From contig JBEKDT010000007.1 of the NCBI GenBank assembly GCA_050014195.1, positions 128,001 through 192,000 on the forward strand: DNA of 64,000 bases, in the 5' to 3' direction. The notes beneath the pieces are model-generated. The model was not told the DNA's origin. It saw nothing but the letters and a program-made list of their open reading frames with translations, and searched no databases. The stretch is from Desulfomonilia bacterium. Lineage in GTDB: Bacteria; Desulfobacterota; Desulfomonilia; UBA1062. Both the position numbers and the translations under genes were made by a program. Numbering within the stretch: the stretch's first letter is position 1; every line of letters begins with the position of its first letter. Shown piece after piece: positions 1 to 10,624 of the stretch.

Positions 1-2188
1 AGCTTGCAGAGTGCCACATCATCGCGTGGCTTATGGCCTTGGCCATAGGGTGCTGAATCCGCTCAATGTCATCTTCCCATCGTGCACAGATTTGAGGTAA
101 GCACTCTGTATTCAACGTCAATGCAACCCGAAATTGTAACCCTCTCAGAATCGCCCCGGCCATCGCATCATCCGTGATGGATTGTCCGGTCTCGAGTGCG
201 ACAAACGGCAGCCATAGGAGTTGTCGCTCAACTTCACATTTTGCATCTTTACCATCTATTAATTGGAGTCGTATCGCTGTCTGGGCGAGCCGTCGAGGTT
301 CACCTCCAATGTATGCGTGGAAAAGAAGTGCGGCAGCCTCAAATGAGTCAAGTGTGTGTTTGGCTAGGATGGCGTCATGCAGGCAGATGTGTGCCCATTT
401 GCGTTTCTCCGGAGACCAGACATCTATCGCGACTCCGCTGAGTAGCGCCGTAGTTCGAAACCACTGACCTTCGACCAGCTCAAGCCATTTCCCAGTGAGA
501 TTGTCGAGGACATCCCCCCCGTTTGTAAGCCCCTCAACGGCCTCAGCCAGTCGAATCGCAATTGATCTGTGCATTAGTATGGAGCATTCAGAAACCATAT
601 AGACAAACTCAGCAATAGGGCCAGGCACAGAGTCGCTGAGTAGCTGTCTGGCCATCTGATGAACTGAAGTCACCGCCGATGATTGTGTGACGAGGTCAGT
701 TGCATTAGGTCTTGGCCAGTTGCGAGCAGCAATTTCGGCTAACCGAACCTGGACAAGTTTAGGATGGCCTCTCGTCCACGCCGTAATGAGAGTGCTCCAG
801 TACTTGGCAATCTCATGTGGACAACCGTGTTCGATGCACAAAGTCTCAGTTTCATCGGAACTGAGCTCAGGTACTTCGAGAAGCTCGATGTCGTTGAAAT
901 CCTGTACAATGGCCGAGTCGCTAGTTCCCCCTCGTGCGGTAAGAAGGATGCCTCGCCCTGAAGAACAAGCTCGATGCAAGACCAACGCAAGCGAATCTCG
1001 ATAGACACGGTGAGCCGACGGGCTGATATCCAGGTCATCGATAATAATTAAACTTGGGCAATACCCACTTTCGATTTGGCCTGCTAGTGCGAGAAGCACG
1101 CTGTCGACTTGGTCGACCATTCTCTCGGTTAGATTGATCCACCATGCCTCAGGGCACAGAGTTGAAGTAACAAGCTGTGCAGCTGTTGTCTTACCCTTGT
1201 AAACTGTACCAGTCAGCAAGACGACCTTGCGATGCTTGACCAAATCCTTCAGACGATGCGTGAGTGCAGGTCTTCTAAGTAGAGGCTCGGGCGGTCTTGG
1301 TGACTTCTCAAGCAAGAGATTAAGTAATCCCAATCCAGGCTGTACTTTAAAAATCAAAGCTTGGAGCTGATCCACCGCCACCGGTAGGTATATAGTGCTT
1401 GCTGTTTCGACCTGGCGAAGCAAATCGCCTCGGGTCAGATACCTTCTTGCAAGCGAGGGCTCCACAATAATCTCCCAGAAGCGGGACTCGAGATACTTTC
1501 GCACGGTTGGAATTAAGGCCAAAGAGCGTCGTTGATTGCTAAGGAAGACTGAGATACGGTCGTCAACACTTCGTTTGACTACATCAAGGTCCGGCTGATT
1601 GGTGAGCCAATGAAATCTTTGGATAAGACGTTTCTGGGCATGTTCTGGTGTTGTAGAAGTCAGGAACGCCTGTAACGGGCTGCTTTTATCCAGTTTTGAA
1701 ATAAGGTACTTTATCACAACAATGGCTAATTCGAGATTAGTCTGAGCTGCTCGCCAAACCTCAATGCCTTTTAAACCATCAAAGTTAGCATCCTGTTCCA
1801 TAGCAATGGAGCTGGTGGTCAGAAAGTGAAAGTCGATTTGTCGGTTCGATTCTTGGCTGGACAGGGTCCAGAAGTTCTCTAACGCCTCATGCGCTTTGGC
1901 GGTACCTAAAGAGATAGTCCCCATGTTCCGCTTGACTTGAACTGTGATAGCGGAATCAGTCCTGACAATGTCGAAGTCTTCTGCGCCTTCAAGGTAGATG
2001 ACTTCATCTGCATCAACTAACCGGAGCCATGCATCAATAGACCACCAAGCTTGATATACGTCCCCATAAGTTGAAGATACAGCTTGCCGCCGAGGGTCCC
2101 CAGCTAGTTGTTCAGGAAGACCTGTGATTTTTGCAAGAATATCGTCAATGTCTGGCAGACCACCAAGTCTAGATTCATGGTCAGGCAT
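1..2188 (-). CDS. Avs-like antiviral protein: N-terminal PD-(D/E)xK (Cap4/DUF4297-like) nuclease + STAND P-loop NTPase; 3' end outside window
   Basis: Manual translation from ATG 2188 is open to position 2 (>=729 aa); absent from the ORF track because there is no stop in the window. Motifs YQAWW..IYLEGAEDFDI..VQVK, Walker A GTVYKGKTT, Walker B IIIDDLD, GHPKLV. Confidence 0.8.
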   Translation of the reverse strand, partial: MPDHESRLGGLPDIDDILAKITGLPEQLAGDPRRQAVSSTYGDVYQAWWSIDAWLRLVDADEVIYLEGAEDFDIVRTDSAITVQVKRNMGTISLGTAKAHEALENFWTLSSQESNRQIDFHFLTTSSIAMEQDANFDGLKGIEVWRAAQTNLELAIVVIKYLISKLDKSSPLQAFLTSTTPEHAQKRLIQRFHWLTNQPDLDVVKRSVDDRISVFLSNQRRSLALIPTVRKYLESRFWEIIVEPSLARRYLTRGDLLRQVETASTIYLPVAVDQLQALIFKVQPGLGLLNLLLEKSPRPPEPLLRRPALTHRLKDLVKHRKVVLLTGTVYKGKTTAAQLVTSTLCPEAWWINLTERMVDQVDSVLLALAGQIESGYCPSLIIIDDLDISPSAHRVYRDSLALVLHRACSSGRGILLTARGGTSDSAIVQDFNDIELLEVPELSSDETETLCIEHGCPHEIAKYWSTLITAWTRGHPKLVQVRLAEIAARNWPRPNATDLVTQSSAVTSVHQMARQLLSDSVPGPIAEFVYMVSECSILMHRSIAIRLAEAVEGLTNGGDVLDNLTGKWLELVEGQWFRTTALLSGVAIDVWSPEKRKWAHICLHDAILAKHTLDSFEAAALLFHAYIGGEPRRLAQTAIRLQLIDGKDAKCEVERQLLWLPFVALETGQSITDDAMAGAILRGLQFRVALTLNTECLPQICARWEDDIERIQHPMAKAISHAMMWHSAS

Positions 2189-2777
2189 ATCTATAATCTT
2201 TCTCTAATACCAAGGGGCGGGGTGATGTTCTCGTATTCTGAATACCGGTACGAAAACCTGCAATGGAGCCACCATTGAAATAATACAACATTAATGGTGT
2301 TGAGGAGAGATCTTTCATCTCATTTTTCACCCAAAAAATAACTAAACAGCACTTCTGGAACAATCCACCATTATGAACCGAAGTATAATTGAAGTATATC
2401 CGTATATTGAGTCCGTGGCAATATGCTATTATAATTCATAAACAACATGGTTCTAGTGTAATACTTGTGAGCAGGATGAAGTAATAATAGCTCGTTGACC
2501 TTGACTGGAGATAATGTGCCATACACAACGCTTCCCCCATACTGAATATTTCTTTTGATAATCTCTACAAGTCGATGAACAGGATAGCCTTTAGATTTCC
2601 TGTAAAATATTGCTCATAATTTGAGCTACATCGCATTATTTCAGAATCACCTGCATGATTGCATCTCCCCAAAATCGTGATGGAAGAGTAGGTGGAGAGA
2701 AAATGCATTAATAGCTATACAAAAGGTATCTTTCCTATAGCGATATGTGTTATAGTGATTATCTGAGAGGGGTTGGA

Positions 2778-3839
2778 ATGGGTGAAAATCAGCATCAAAT
2801 CGCTATACGAAATAATTCTTATGAGATCAGCATCCCTGAAGGTGATCAGGACACCTTATACTTCTGGCTGAAAAATTATCTCGAGCATGCCGTCACTACC
2901 GCAGAGAACTCCCGCAAAGTTCAGGTGAGGGACCTATCGCTCTTCATCCGGTTCGCTGAAAAAGAAGGCGCTCTCATGAGATCGGTGTGGACTCCCAGGT
3001 TATCCCGGGCGTTCATAGACTTCCTGAGGACAACCCTCAGGTCCGGAGGACAACGGTACTGGGCAGACAGGACTATCAACCGGATCCTGGCGCACGTGAA
3101 GACCTTTGCGAAGTGGATCCACAAGCTTGCTCCTTTTCCGCTTGGGAACCCCATGGGGAATATCAGGCTCATGGGGGTAGGGGAGAACCTCGATATCGAA
3201 CGGGCATTCTCCGATGGCGAACGTCGCAAGCTGCTCGATGCTGCAGACCTTCTGCCTTCGGTCTGGGGGAAGAGTAGGGACCGTAGGAGAAATAAGAATA
3301 CTGAACCTGTGGCCAGGCCCAGGAGGAAGTACGCACGCCCATGGCGCAACCGGGCCATGATGTATACCTTGATCGAAACCGGCATGCGCAGGGCTGCATT
3401 AGTGAATATCAATATCAGTGACATTGACTGGGATCATCATCTTATCATTACAGTAGAGAAGGGTGGGTATTCCCATTCCTATTCAATCAGTGATCAGGGA
3501 TTGAAGGCGATCCTAGATTATCTGGCCGATGAGCGTGAAGTGGATAAAGGAGAGGGATTGAATGCTCTGTTCCTGCCGGCAAGTACCATCCGGAACAGCA
3601 GTGGCCGTCTTACACCCCTCGTGGTCAACCATGTATGGGACGAGGTGTGCACTCTTGCCCAGGTCTCAGGTAAAACACCGCACTCTGCCCGGCATGCTAT
3701 GGGGAGGCACATTATTGAGAAGACCGGGAACATTGCTGCAGTCCAGAGGCAGCTTGGGCATAGGAATGTAGCTTACTCGGTGCAATATGCGAGGGTGTCA
3801 AATAAAGAGTTGAGGGATGTGCTAAATAATCGATCATGA
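2778..3839 (+). CDS. Tyrosine recombinase/integrase (XerC-like)
   Basis: ETGMRR, HSARH, LGH and C-terminal Y catalytic motifs; start moved to ATG 2778 after a GAGAGGGG RBS. Confidence 0.9.
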   Translation: MGENQHQIAIRNNSYEISIPEGDQDTLYFWLKNYLEHAVTTAENSRKVQVRDLSLFIRFAEKEGALMRSVWTPRLSRAFIDFLRTTLRSGGQRYWADRTINRILAHVKTFAKWIHKLAPFPLGNPMGNIRLMGVGENLDIERAFSDGERRKLLDAADLLPSVWGKSRDRRRNKNTEPVARPRRKYARPWRNRAMMYTLIETGMRRAALVNINISDIDWDHHLIITVEKGGYSHSYSISDQGLKAILDYLADEREVDKGEGLNALFLPASTIRNSSGRLTPLVVNHVWDEVCTLAQVSGKTPHSARHAMGRHIIEKTGNIAAVQRQLGHRNVAYSVQYARVSNKELRDVLNNRS

Positions 3840-3926
3840 ATCCTTTGTCATGCTTAACTCTGTTAAACGATCCATTAATGCGTATGTAGGAACATTGAAT
3901 AATCTAATGGTATTCTATTAGTTCAT

Positions 3927-5537
3927 ATGCTTTACGACCATATAGGCTATCTATATGTAAGGAAACAGAATGGTCAAGCAAGGATGAAGAAGAGCGGTGA
4001 TTCCAAGAAGATTGAACGTCGTTTCCGTGAACTTCACACTACTCTGTGTGCTCTGATCGATAAAGATCCAAAGTTGGCAATCAAAGCTGCTCATGCGTTA
4101 ACTCCTGATGATGTTTTAAATGAACAAAACATCAATGCAATAAGGGCAGGGATACTGATTGACGCAGGAATTTATGGGAATGATGTTCAAACCGTAGATG
4201 AAGGTATTGCCTTATATCAATGTATTTTGGATAGCGTTCCAAACAGAGGCGACTTCCAATACTGTCTGGCTAACGGACTTGTAGGAAAGGCTGATCTCCT
4301 CTCATACTCAGGCCCAGAATGGTTCTGCTTAACAGCAGAACTGCGACGAAGGGCTAGATACCTATACCGATTCGCAGGAGAAGAAGAGATTGGTTCTGTT
4401 ATTGCCTCACGATCACTCACCAATCTTGGTAATTCCCTAATAAAAGCTTACCGATTTATCGAGGCATACGACTGTTATCTGAGTGCATTAAAGCATGACA
4501 CCTCTAATGGAGTTGCTCTGACTGGTGCTGCAAGAATTCTTCTGCGATTCGCCAACGAAGGCACTGGGGACCGTGGTGCCTTACTCGCTGTTGCTGCTCG
4601 ACATTTACAAACTGCGCGAGAGAACCCTGACAGGATTCGTGAGCTAGCTGGAGAGCGAGCGTTCAGAGAATTATCTAAATTGATGAAGACCAAGATTGTT
4701 GGTGGGGCTGTGCCGGACTTGGCTACGGCTACTGATTACCAGCTGTTTGTGGCAAACCATCGTTTGGCCTTGGCTCCAACCATTGAGGGTCTCGACCTAT
4801 CTATGTCACGGTGGGATTCGCTTCGCATCAAGAGCATTACCGAGCATATGAACACCGAGGATTGTATTCCTCCAATCTTCGCGATGTTCAATGTACTCAA
4901 ATCTGACTATTTAACAGCTCGGTTCCTAGCATATCTGGCTTTAGAAGGTGAACTTAACGACAGTGGTAAATACTCCGACACACTGGACTATGCAATCTAT
5001 GGCATGCGGTCTTCGGTTCTTACACTTGCCCAGAGGGCCTGTATGGACATCCTCGACAAGATTGCAGTTGGAGCTAGCGAATATCTTGGTCTCCCAGGCA
5101 ATTATAGGTCAATCAAATTCCCGACGAGATGGTTCCTAAATCCAAATGATGAAGAGCAACTAACCTGGCAATCTGATGTATTCGACGAAATTAAATTAGG
5201 GAACACAGCTTTGATTGCTTTATCTGAGGTCTCTTATGACCTTCAGAAGAGCGGATTCCTGCAGGAGAAGAGGTCGATTCGAAACACATCAACACACCGT
5301 TTTACGGTGCTGCATGACCTTGATAAGAGAACAAGCCGAAAGTGTCGATACATTGACCACTATGTCATGGAAGCTTTCAAGGACCAGTTGATAGAAACTC
5401 TCCAACTTACGCGAGCTGTTTTATTTTACTTTGTCGAAATGATCAATCTTCGTGAGAAACGTCTATCAAGAGATGGGGTGCTGCCTCTACACGTCCCAGA
5501 TCATGACTGGATCCGGGGCGAGGATGATGAGCCGTAG
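3927..5537 (+). CDS. TPR + HEPN (LA2681-like) putative RNase/defence protein
   Basis: TPR-like helices (LTNLGNSL..AYDCY), DTLDY, LDKIA, Rx4H motif RNTSTH; start may be 3984. Confidence 0.75.
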   Translation: MLYDHIGYLYVRKQNGQARMKKSGDSKKIERRFRELHTTLCALIDKDPKLAIKAAHALTPDDVLNEQNINAIRAGILIDAGIYGNDVQTVDEGIALYQCILDSVPNRGDFQYCLANGLVGKADLLSYSGPEWFCLTAELRRRARYLYRFAGEEEIGSVIASRSLTNLGNSLIKAYRFIEAYDCYLSALKHDTSNGVALTGAARILLRFANEGTGDRGALLAVAARHLQTARENPDRIRELAGERAFRELSKLMKTKIVGGAVPDLATATDYQLFVANHRLALAPTIEGLDLSMSRWDSLRIKSITEHMNTEDCIPPIFAMFNVLKSDYLTARFLAYLALEGELNDSGKYSDTLDYAIYGMRSSVLTLAQRACMDILDKIAVGASEYLGLPGNYRSIKFPTRWFLNPNDEEQLTWQSDVFDEIKLGNTALIALSEVSYDLQKSGFLQEKRSIRNTSTHRFTVLHDLDKRTSRKCRYIDHYVMEAFKDQLIETLQLTRAVLFYFVEMINLREKRLSRDGVLPLHVPDHDWIRGEDDEP

Positions 5538-5620
5538 TTTGGATATTTACAATGTGTAATGTGTTACTCAACGCGGATACCCAGTTATAATGACCATTTC
5601 GTCTAATGCACATCATACTA

Positions 5621-6511
5621 CTATTCATTCCAGAGGCTGATCACAGCATTCAGAAAGATATCACAATTTGCATTCGACCATGACGTGTGTGAATTATCAC
5701 GAAGAAGATAATATTGCTCATTTGCGCACACCAGATTGGTCTTATCTGCTTCAGTTTGAATCCAGTCAATTGCATTAACAAAGCAGTCTTGAAAAGAGGT
5801 TGTAAACAAATGATTGGGAACATTGTAAAGGAGGCCTTCAAGGTAGTACGAGGGAGCAGTACCTCCTTTGATGATGCCTTCATCTACAAGTTTTGAACGC
5901 ATATTCTTAAGAATTCGAACCATTGGTTTGAACCACCTTTTGGTACCTTGGTGCTTGGTTGTAAGGTTTGCAGAATGTTGTTTGGGGTAATTTGCAATAC
6001 TTATACCTTCAGAGGTGTAGAAACAGATTCCTTCATAGTAAAGTTGGTCATCTATACTTTTAAACCTGTAGTACCGTCGGTATTGAATTGCAGCAATAAC
6101 ATCAGCCTTTCGACGACTTCCATTAGCGGCAATGGCTATTGCTTTATTTCCGGCGAGAACATTCCGGCCATATTTGTCCTTAAGAACCCTTAACACATCT
6201 CGTTTGAAGTCGTTATACGTGTATGTTGCATCAGGAAATGTACCTTTATAAGCGTTCTGATCATCCGGAGATAACGCACTAAGGTCGCTTTGGAAACAAT
6301 CGTCTAGTTTAATTACAATGTCAACATCACTCTCAGCAAAGATATTTGTATCGTTCCCGTATGAGCCTTGAAGAAACACGGAAAAATTCTTGGCTGCATA
6401 TGGTGTATCAACAGCTACCAACACAGTCTTAATTGTATTGTAAGTGGAACTAGATTGAGTGACGGACCCTTGATGTGACCATGTTTCGAGTTGAGATTCA
6501 AGAATTGCCAT
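5621..6511 (-). CDS. cdnE: CD-NTase (cGAS/DncV-like), clade E-like
   Basis: [41 protein letters not shown]; 14 bp downstream of the patatin gene. Confidence 0.9.
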   Translation of the reverse strand: MAILESQLETWSHQGSVTQSSSTYNTIKTVLVAVDTPYAAKNFSVFLQGSYGNDTNIFAESDVDIVIKLDDCFQSDLSALSPDDQNAYKGTFPDATYTYNDFKRDVLRVLKDKYGRNVLAGNKAIAIAANGSRRKADVIAAIQYRRYYRFKSIDDQLYYEGICFYTSEGISIANYPKQHSANLTTKHQGTKRWFKPMVRILKNMRSKLVDEGIIKGGTAPSYYLEGLLYNVPNHLFTTSFQDCFVNAIDWIQTEADKTNLVCANEQYYLLRDNSHTSWSNANCDIFLNAVISLWNE

Positions 6512-6525
6512 GGCATTTCTCCTGA

Positions 6526-7482
6526 TTAAAGTAAAATATTTTTAAGCTGGGCTTCTCGCGCAGCAAAAGATTCGCGTCCTCTCTGGCGCAATAAGTTTAA
6601 TTTATCTAGGTCATGTTCCAACAGATCGGTTGCCAGTTCCGGCTGATCGAATGTATCGCTGATACGAATAGTGGTGACATCCTTGAAGAGGACTTCACGA
6701 AGCTGATCCATCGATTGTGTATTGATCTCTAATGTTTTCTGTAATAACTGAACGCTAACAAGATTTCTGGCTATGCGCATTTTGAAGCTAGGTTTTGGTT
6801 CAGGATATATACCGACACCAACATTAACTGCTCGGATGTCTTTCCGTTCCTTTTGTAAACCTGAAACAGCTTCAGCAATCGCATACAGAGTTGGGTTATT
6901 TGCACAATAGCCCCCATCGAGGAGCTCAATCTTATCGCCTGTAGCTGTATTAACGATCTTTCTTTTGAAGAAAGGATATGCTGAACAGGATGCTTGTACT
7001 GCATCAGCGATGCTTACTCCAAATCCTGGTATGAATGTCCCTTGGCGGCCATGAGCTTGTTCAATACTTCCTTTAAAAATCATTGGTTTCTCAGTCATCC
7101 ATCTTGTGGTAACAATTCCAATCCTAGTTTTTACATCTTCAAAAGATCGATCGCCGAAGACCTCTTTGGCAAGTTTTGACAATTCTGCAGACCTTGAACT
7201 TGGAAAACTCTTTGCCATGACACTTGGCACATGCGTCTTATACAGGTTGTGAATTTCATCGATTTCATACCCTAGAGCAATAAGCGAAGCTATAATCGCC
7301 CCAGTGCTAGTTCCAAATACAAGATCAAATCGTTTATAAAGAGGACACTTGAGCATGCCCTCGATTTCTTTAAGGACACCCAGCGTATAGAATCCCTTTG
7401 CACCTCCACCGTCAAGTGCAAGTATACGAAAAATACCATCTCTTTGGTACTCGGCCGTCAATCCCGTGGTGAGTTCCCCCAT
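6526..7482 (-). CDS. capE: CBASS patatin-like phospholipase effector
   Basis: DGGGAKG, GTSTG, DGG..NNP motifs; directly upstream of the CD-NTase. Confidence 0.88.
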   Translation of the reverse strand: MGELTTGLTAEYQRDGIFRILALDGGGAKGFYTLGVLKEIEGMLKCPLYKRFDLVFGTSTGAIIASLIALGYEIDEIHNLYKTHVPSVMAKSFPSSRSAELSKLAKEVFGDRSFEDVKTRIGIVTTRWMTEKPMIFKGSIEQAHGRQGTFIPGFGVSIADAVQASCSAYPFFKRKIVNTATGDKIELLDGGYCANNPTLYAIAEAVSGLQKERKDIRAVNVGVGIYPEPKPSFKMRIARNLVSVQLLQKTLEINTQSMDQLREVLFKDVTTIRISDTFDQPELATDLLEHDLDKLNLLRQRGRESFAAREAQLKNILL

Positions 7483-7623
7483 AATGAGCCTCTAGTATAA
7501 GAAATGATTGTTTATCCAGACATTAAGTATTCTACAATATGCTATTTTAAAGCATAATCTATATTGTTGTGGGTTCTTATTAACTTGAATAGCCATTTTT
7601 CATTGCAATAATACATTTCTTCC

Positions 7624-7968
7624 TTAGACAGGTAGTACAGCAACAAGAAAATATTTTAAAGCAGTAGTGACTACCTTATCGATCAAATCATTTTTTAATT
7701 TATCCAAGTCAACTTGGGCAAGTCCTTGTTGCGTTAAAGATTCTAGGGTTATAGAAGGCTTTTTAGAATTAACTAACCAGATAAAATCTTTTTGCGAAAG
7801 CTCACCTGTTGAAAGTTGTTTGGTCCAGCTATCGAGATCATTTTCAAGATTTTGAAGAAAACAATTACAATCCCCAATAGCTTCATCTTTACATGTCTTA
7901 AAACTACTTTCAGCTAATTCCTCAATTTGTCCTTTAAGATCTTTGTAAAAGTCATCAAATGTAGCCAT
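7624..7968 (-). CDS. Hypothetical helical protein (114 aa)
   Basis: ORF with AAGGAG RBS; co-oriented between the lipoprotein and CBASS. Confidence 0.75.
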   Translation of the reverse strand: MATFDDFYKDLKGQIEELAESSFKTCKDEAIGDCNCFLQNLENDLDSWTKQLSTGELSQKDFIWLVNSKKPSITLESLTQQGLAQVDLDKLKNDLIDKVVTTALKYFLVAVLPV

Positions 7969-7996
7969 ATCGATCTCCTTTTATTCAGATGTTAGA

Positions 7997-8419
7997 CTAG
8001 GATCCTTTTTTCCCTTCTTCGAGACGAATTATTGAATCAAAGTGACCGGAGATCACTTTCTTGGCTCCGGTAATAAAAACTGGTGAAAGAGATCCTTCGT
8101 CTTCCCATTTCTTTAAAAATCCACCTAATGAATTACCGTTTGGATCTTTTACGATTTCCCATTGCTTTGTAGTTATTTCGTTTTTAGATTCTGCTTTTGC
8201 ATATTCATATGCTTTTTCCATATCGAGTTTCAGATTTTCTATTTCACTTTTATGGAGTGTAAAAGATTCTGTGGCCTTATCCATTAAGGACAATGCTTCA
8301 GCCTTTATTGCAAGATCTTGCTGGTCTGCTGTTTTATTAAAGGGCGCAATAGTAGAGCATGCGAAAATCATGGTTAAAATCCCAATTAGTAAAGAAAGCC
8401 TTATTACCTGTTTATTCAT
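7997..8419 (-). CDS. Hypothetical lipoprotein
   Basis: Signal peptide with lipobox IFAC; GGGGG RBS. Confidence 0.8.
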   Translation of the reverse strand: MNKQVIRLSLLIGILTMIFACSTIAPFNKTADQQDLAIKAEALSLMDKATESFTLHKSEIENLKLDMEKAYEYAKAESKNEITTKQWEIVKDPNGNSLGGFLKKWEDEGSLSPVFITGAKKVISGHFDSIIRLEEGKKGS

Positions 8420-8562
8420 ATATCCCCCTTTTTAAGGCTTTATTTTTAGTTTGATATTTCCTCTTATATTTTTGACTGCCGGCCGTAGCCTAACCAACAA
8501 TATTACTGTCAGTATTATTTTATTTGACTCTCTCCATTGAATCTGTCATTAATCTCCTATAG

Positions 8563-8605
8563 CGAACAGAATCACATCTATGTTCGATATACACTATATA
8601 GTTCG
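8563..8605. promoter_or_regulatory. Candidate operator: CGAACA-N12-TGTTCG plus a second GTTCG half-site
   Basis: Inverted repeat 8563-8568/8581-8586 and GTTCG 8601-8605 in the divergent intergenic region. Confidence 0.45.
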
Positions 8606-8707
8606 TTAAAGACGATATGTCAAGGGGGAGATTTTCCCTTCTGGCTTTTAACTCCTCATTGAGGACACAACACGATTCTTATTAATGAAATGAAAGGATA
8701 ACAGGGA

Positions 8708-9121
8708 ATGTCATCATTGGGAGAAAGGATTAAAGAGTTGCGGCAATCCATGGGATGGACACAAGATAGGCTAGCTCAAGAGGCTGAAATTAGTAAGAGC
8801 TTTTTGAGCGAAATAGAAAACAATAAAGTTAGCCTTAGTGGAGAAAATCTCCTGAAGATTGCCAATGTTTTGAACACGTCTCTTGATTATTTAATGAAGG
8901 GTAATTATGTCTCAAGTGAAAAAAAACCTTCAAAACCAATTGAAATACCAAGGGAATTATCAGAGTTAGCAGAAGACCTTTCACTATCCCATAAAGCTAC
9001 ACTTGCTCTACTAGAGGCACATAACTCTCTGATTGCTAGGAGAAGTGATAAAGAAAAGACTGAGATGACCAAGGATAATTGGAGGGATTTATTTGAAAAA
9101 CTAAAAGAATATTTAAAATAA
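8708..9121 (+). CDS. XRE-family HTH repressor (CapH/ImmR-like)
   Basis: LGERIKELR..WTQDRLA..ISKSFLSEIEN..LLKIANVLNTSLDYL. Confidence 0.9.
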   Translation: MSSLGERIKELRQSMGWTQDRLAQEAEISKSFLSEIENNKVSLSGENLLKIANVLNTSLDYLMKGNYVSSEKKPSKPIEIPRELSELAEDLSLSHKATLALLEAHNSLIARRSDKEKTEMTKDNWRDLFEKLKEYLK

Positions 9122-9123
9122 AT

Positions 9124-10164
9124 ATGGACAAGCTTAACAATTCAAAAATTATTCAAAAAATAGCTAGTGAACTCGGATTAAAAAGGTATCGAGATGGACA
9201 AAATGCGATCCGAGAGTTCTGTATACAGGAAGTTGAGAATATAAAAACCCAGTTTGGCTTAATTGATAATCTTTCAAAGCTGTTAGAAGTTGTAAGTTCT
9301 TTTCTAAGGATTCGCTTTGAAGAGGTTAATGATGATAATGATATTGAAGCCATAAGTAAGAAATATCTAGCCCAAGGAGAACTAAAATTCGCTGATCTCT
9401 CAAGGGAATTGGATGCATCTACTGATGCAGTAATGATTTGTTTGATGAAAGATAAAGTATGGAGATATTCGGCAGTAATTGATTGTAGAGGATATAAAAA
9501 ATTCAGGGCTTATTTTACTAAATGGCATGAGGTTGCTCACATACTTACAAGATCTCCTCAAACTTTTCTTTTTCACCGAACTCCTTATTTTAAGAGAGAT
9601 CCTGAGGAAATATTGGTCGATAGGATAGCAGGTGATTTAGCCTTTTATACTCCCCTTTTTCTACCCGAATTATTGGCAAGGACAAAAACTACGAAACGGC
9701 TTACATTTGATATAATAGAGGAAATCCGTGAAATTGTTTGCCAAGGTGCAAGTAGAGAGGCAACAATTCGAGGAGCTATCTCAAGAGCACCTTTCCCTCA
9801 ATTAATGGTTATTGCAGATTATGGATTGAAAAAAAGTGAAGAAAAAGAATTATCCTCGAATCAGGGATTATTATTTACAGAGGGGAATGGTCAATTTTTA
9901 CCAAAGTTACGAGCCGTTGATGTTATTGTAAATAAACCAGCTCTTAATATAGGTTTATGGATTCATAAGAACATGGAAGTACCACAAGAATCCATTATTA
10001 GAAAAGCATATGAAGAATCATCTCCAAATGAGATTTATCATAACCGCGAAAACCTAAGCTGGTGGAAACATTCCCGAGGGGGACAGCTTAATAATATATG
10101 TGTTGATGTAGAAGTTACAAAGATAGGCAGACGTGTCTATGCTTTTATTAGTATATGCCCCTGA
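9124..10164 (+). CDS. ImmA/IrrE/CapP-like Zn metallopeptidase
   Basis: FTKWHEVAH (HExxH) plus downstream EE..DRIAG; 2 bp after the HTH gene. Confidence 0.75.
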   Translation: MDKLNNSKIIQKIASELGLKRYRDGQNAIREFCIQEVENIKTQFGLIDNLSKLLEVVSSFLRIRFEEVNDDNDIEAISKKYLAQGELKFADLSRELDASTDAVMICLMKDKVWRYSAVIDCRGYKKFRAYFTKWHEVAHILTRSPQTFLFHRTPYFKRDPEEILVDRIAGDLAFYTPLFLPELLARTKTTKRLTFDIIEEIREIVCQGASREATIRGAISRAPFPQLMVIADYGLKKSEEKELSSNQGLLFTEGNGQFLPKLRAVDVIVNKPALNIGLWIHKNMEVPQESIIRKAYEESSPNEIYHNRENLSWWKHSRGGQLNNICVDVEVTKIGRRVYAFISICP

Positions 10165-10211
10165 TTACCCAAAAAGCGCCGATAACAAGGAATATGTAAT
10201 GTTTGAGAACC

Positions 10212-10410
10212 ATGGTATTCTATATAGATCGTGCCAATATTTATACTTCTGCATGAGGCCATGAAAAGTATAGATCTTATCAGGAGATAGAAGCTTTCCT
10301 TGGCGTGCTAGAGTACATGTTAATCGTAGTAACCTATACTTTCGCATATATATGCCGAAATTTTAAGAGATCTATGCTGTGGCGATCTATTCCTTAAGTG
10401 CAGATCTCAT
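10212..10410 (+). repeat. Degenerate intergenic repeat, copy 1 (matches 16350-16560)
   Basis: 21 bp identical core GAGATAGAAGCTTTCCTTGGC at 10284-10304 and 16423-16443 with co-linear flanks. Confidence 0.7.
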
Positions 10411-10624
10411 TCGAGGCTGTTGAAAAACTCAGGGGCGAATAAAGATAAAAATTTCGACCTCACAGAATGCCCGACATTAGATTTTTCGTGAAAGAGACTT
10501 ATGTTTTGATGGTTCAATTTGGGGATTTTTCCAACTTTTTGGAGTTTTTTGATACCCATCTAAAAGGTTTACTCTTCCAAACATAAGAGCCGTTAACGGA
10601 TAAAAAGCAAAAGGAGGCAATCTT

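Noticed and set aside
174-1038. Short track ORFs at the window start
   Set aside because: Shadows of the long minus-strand nuclease-STAND frame.
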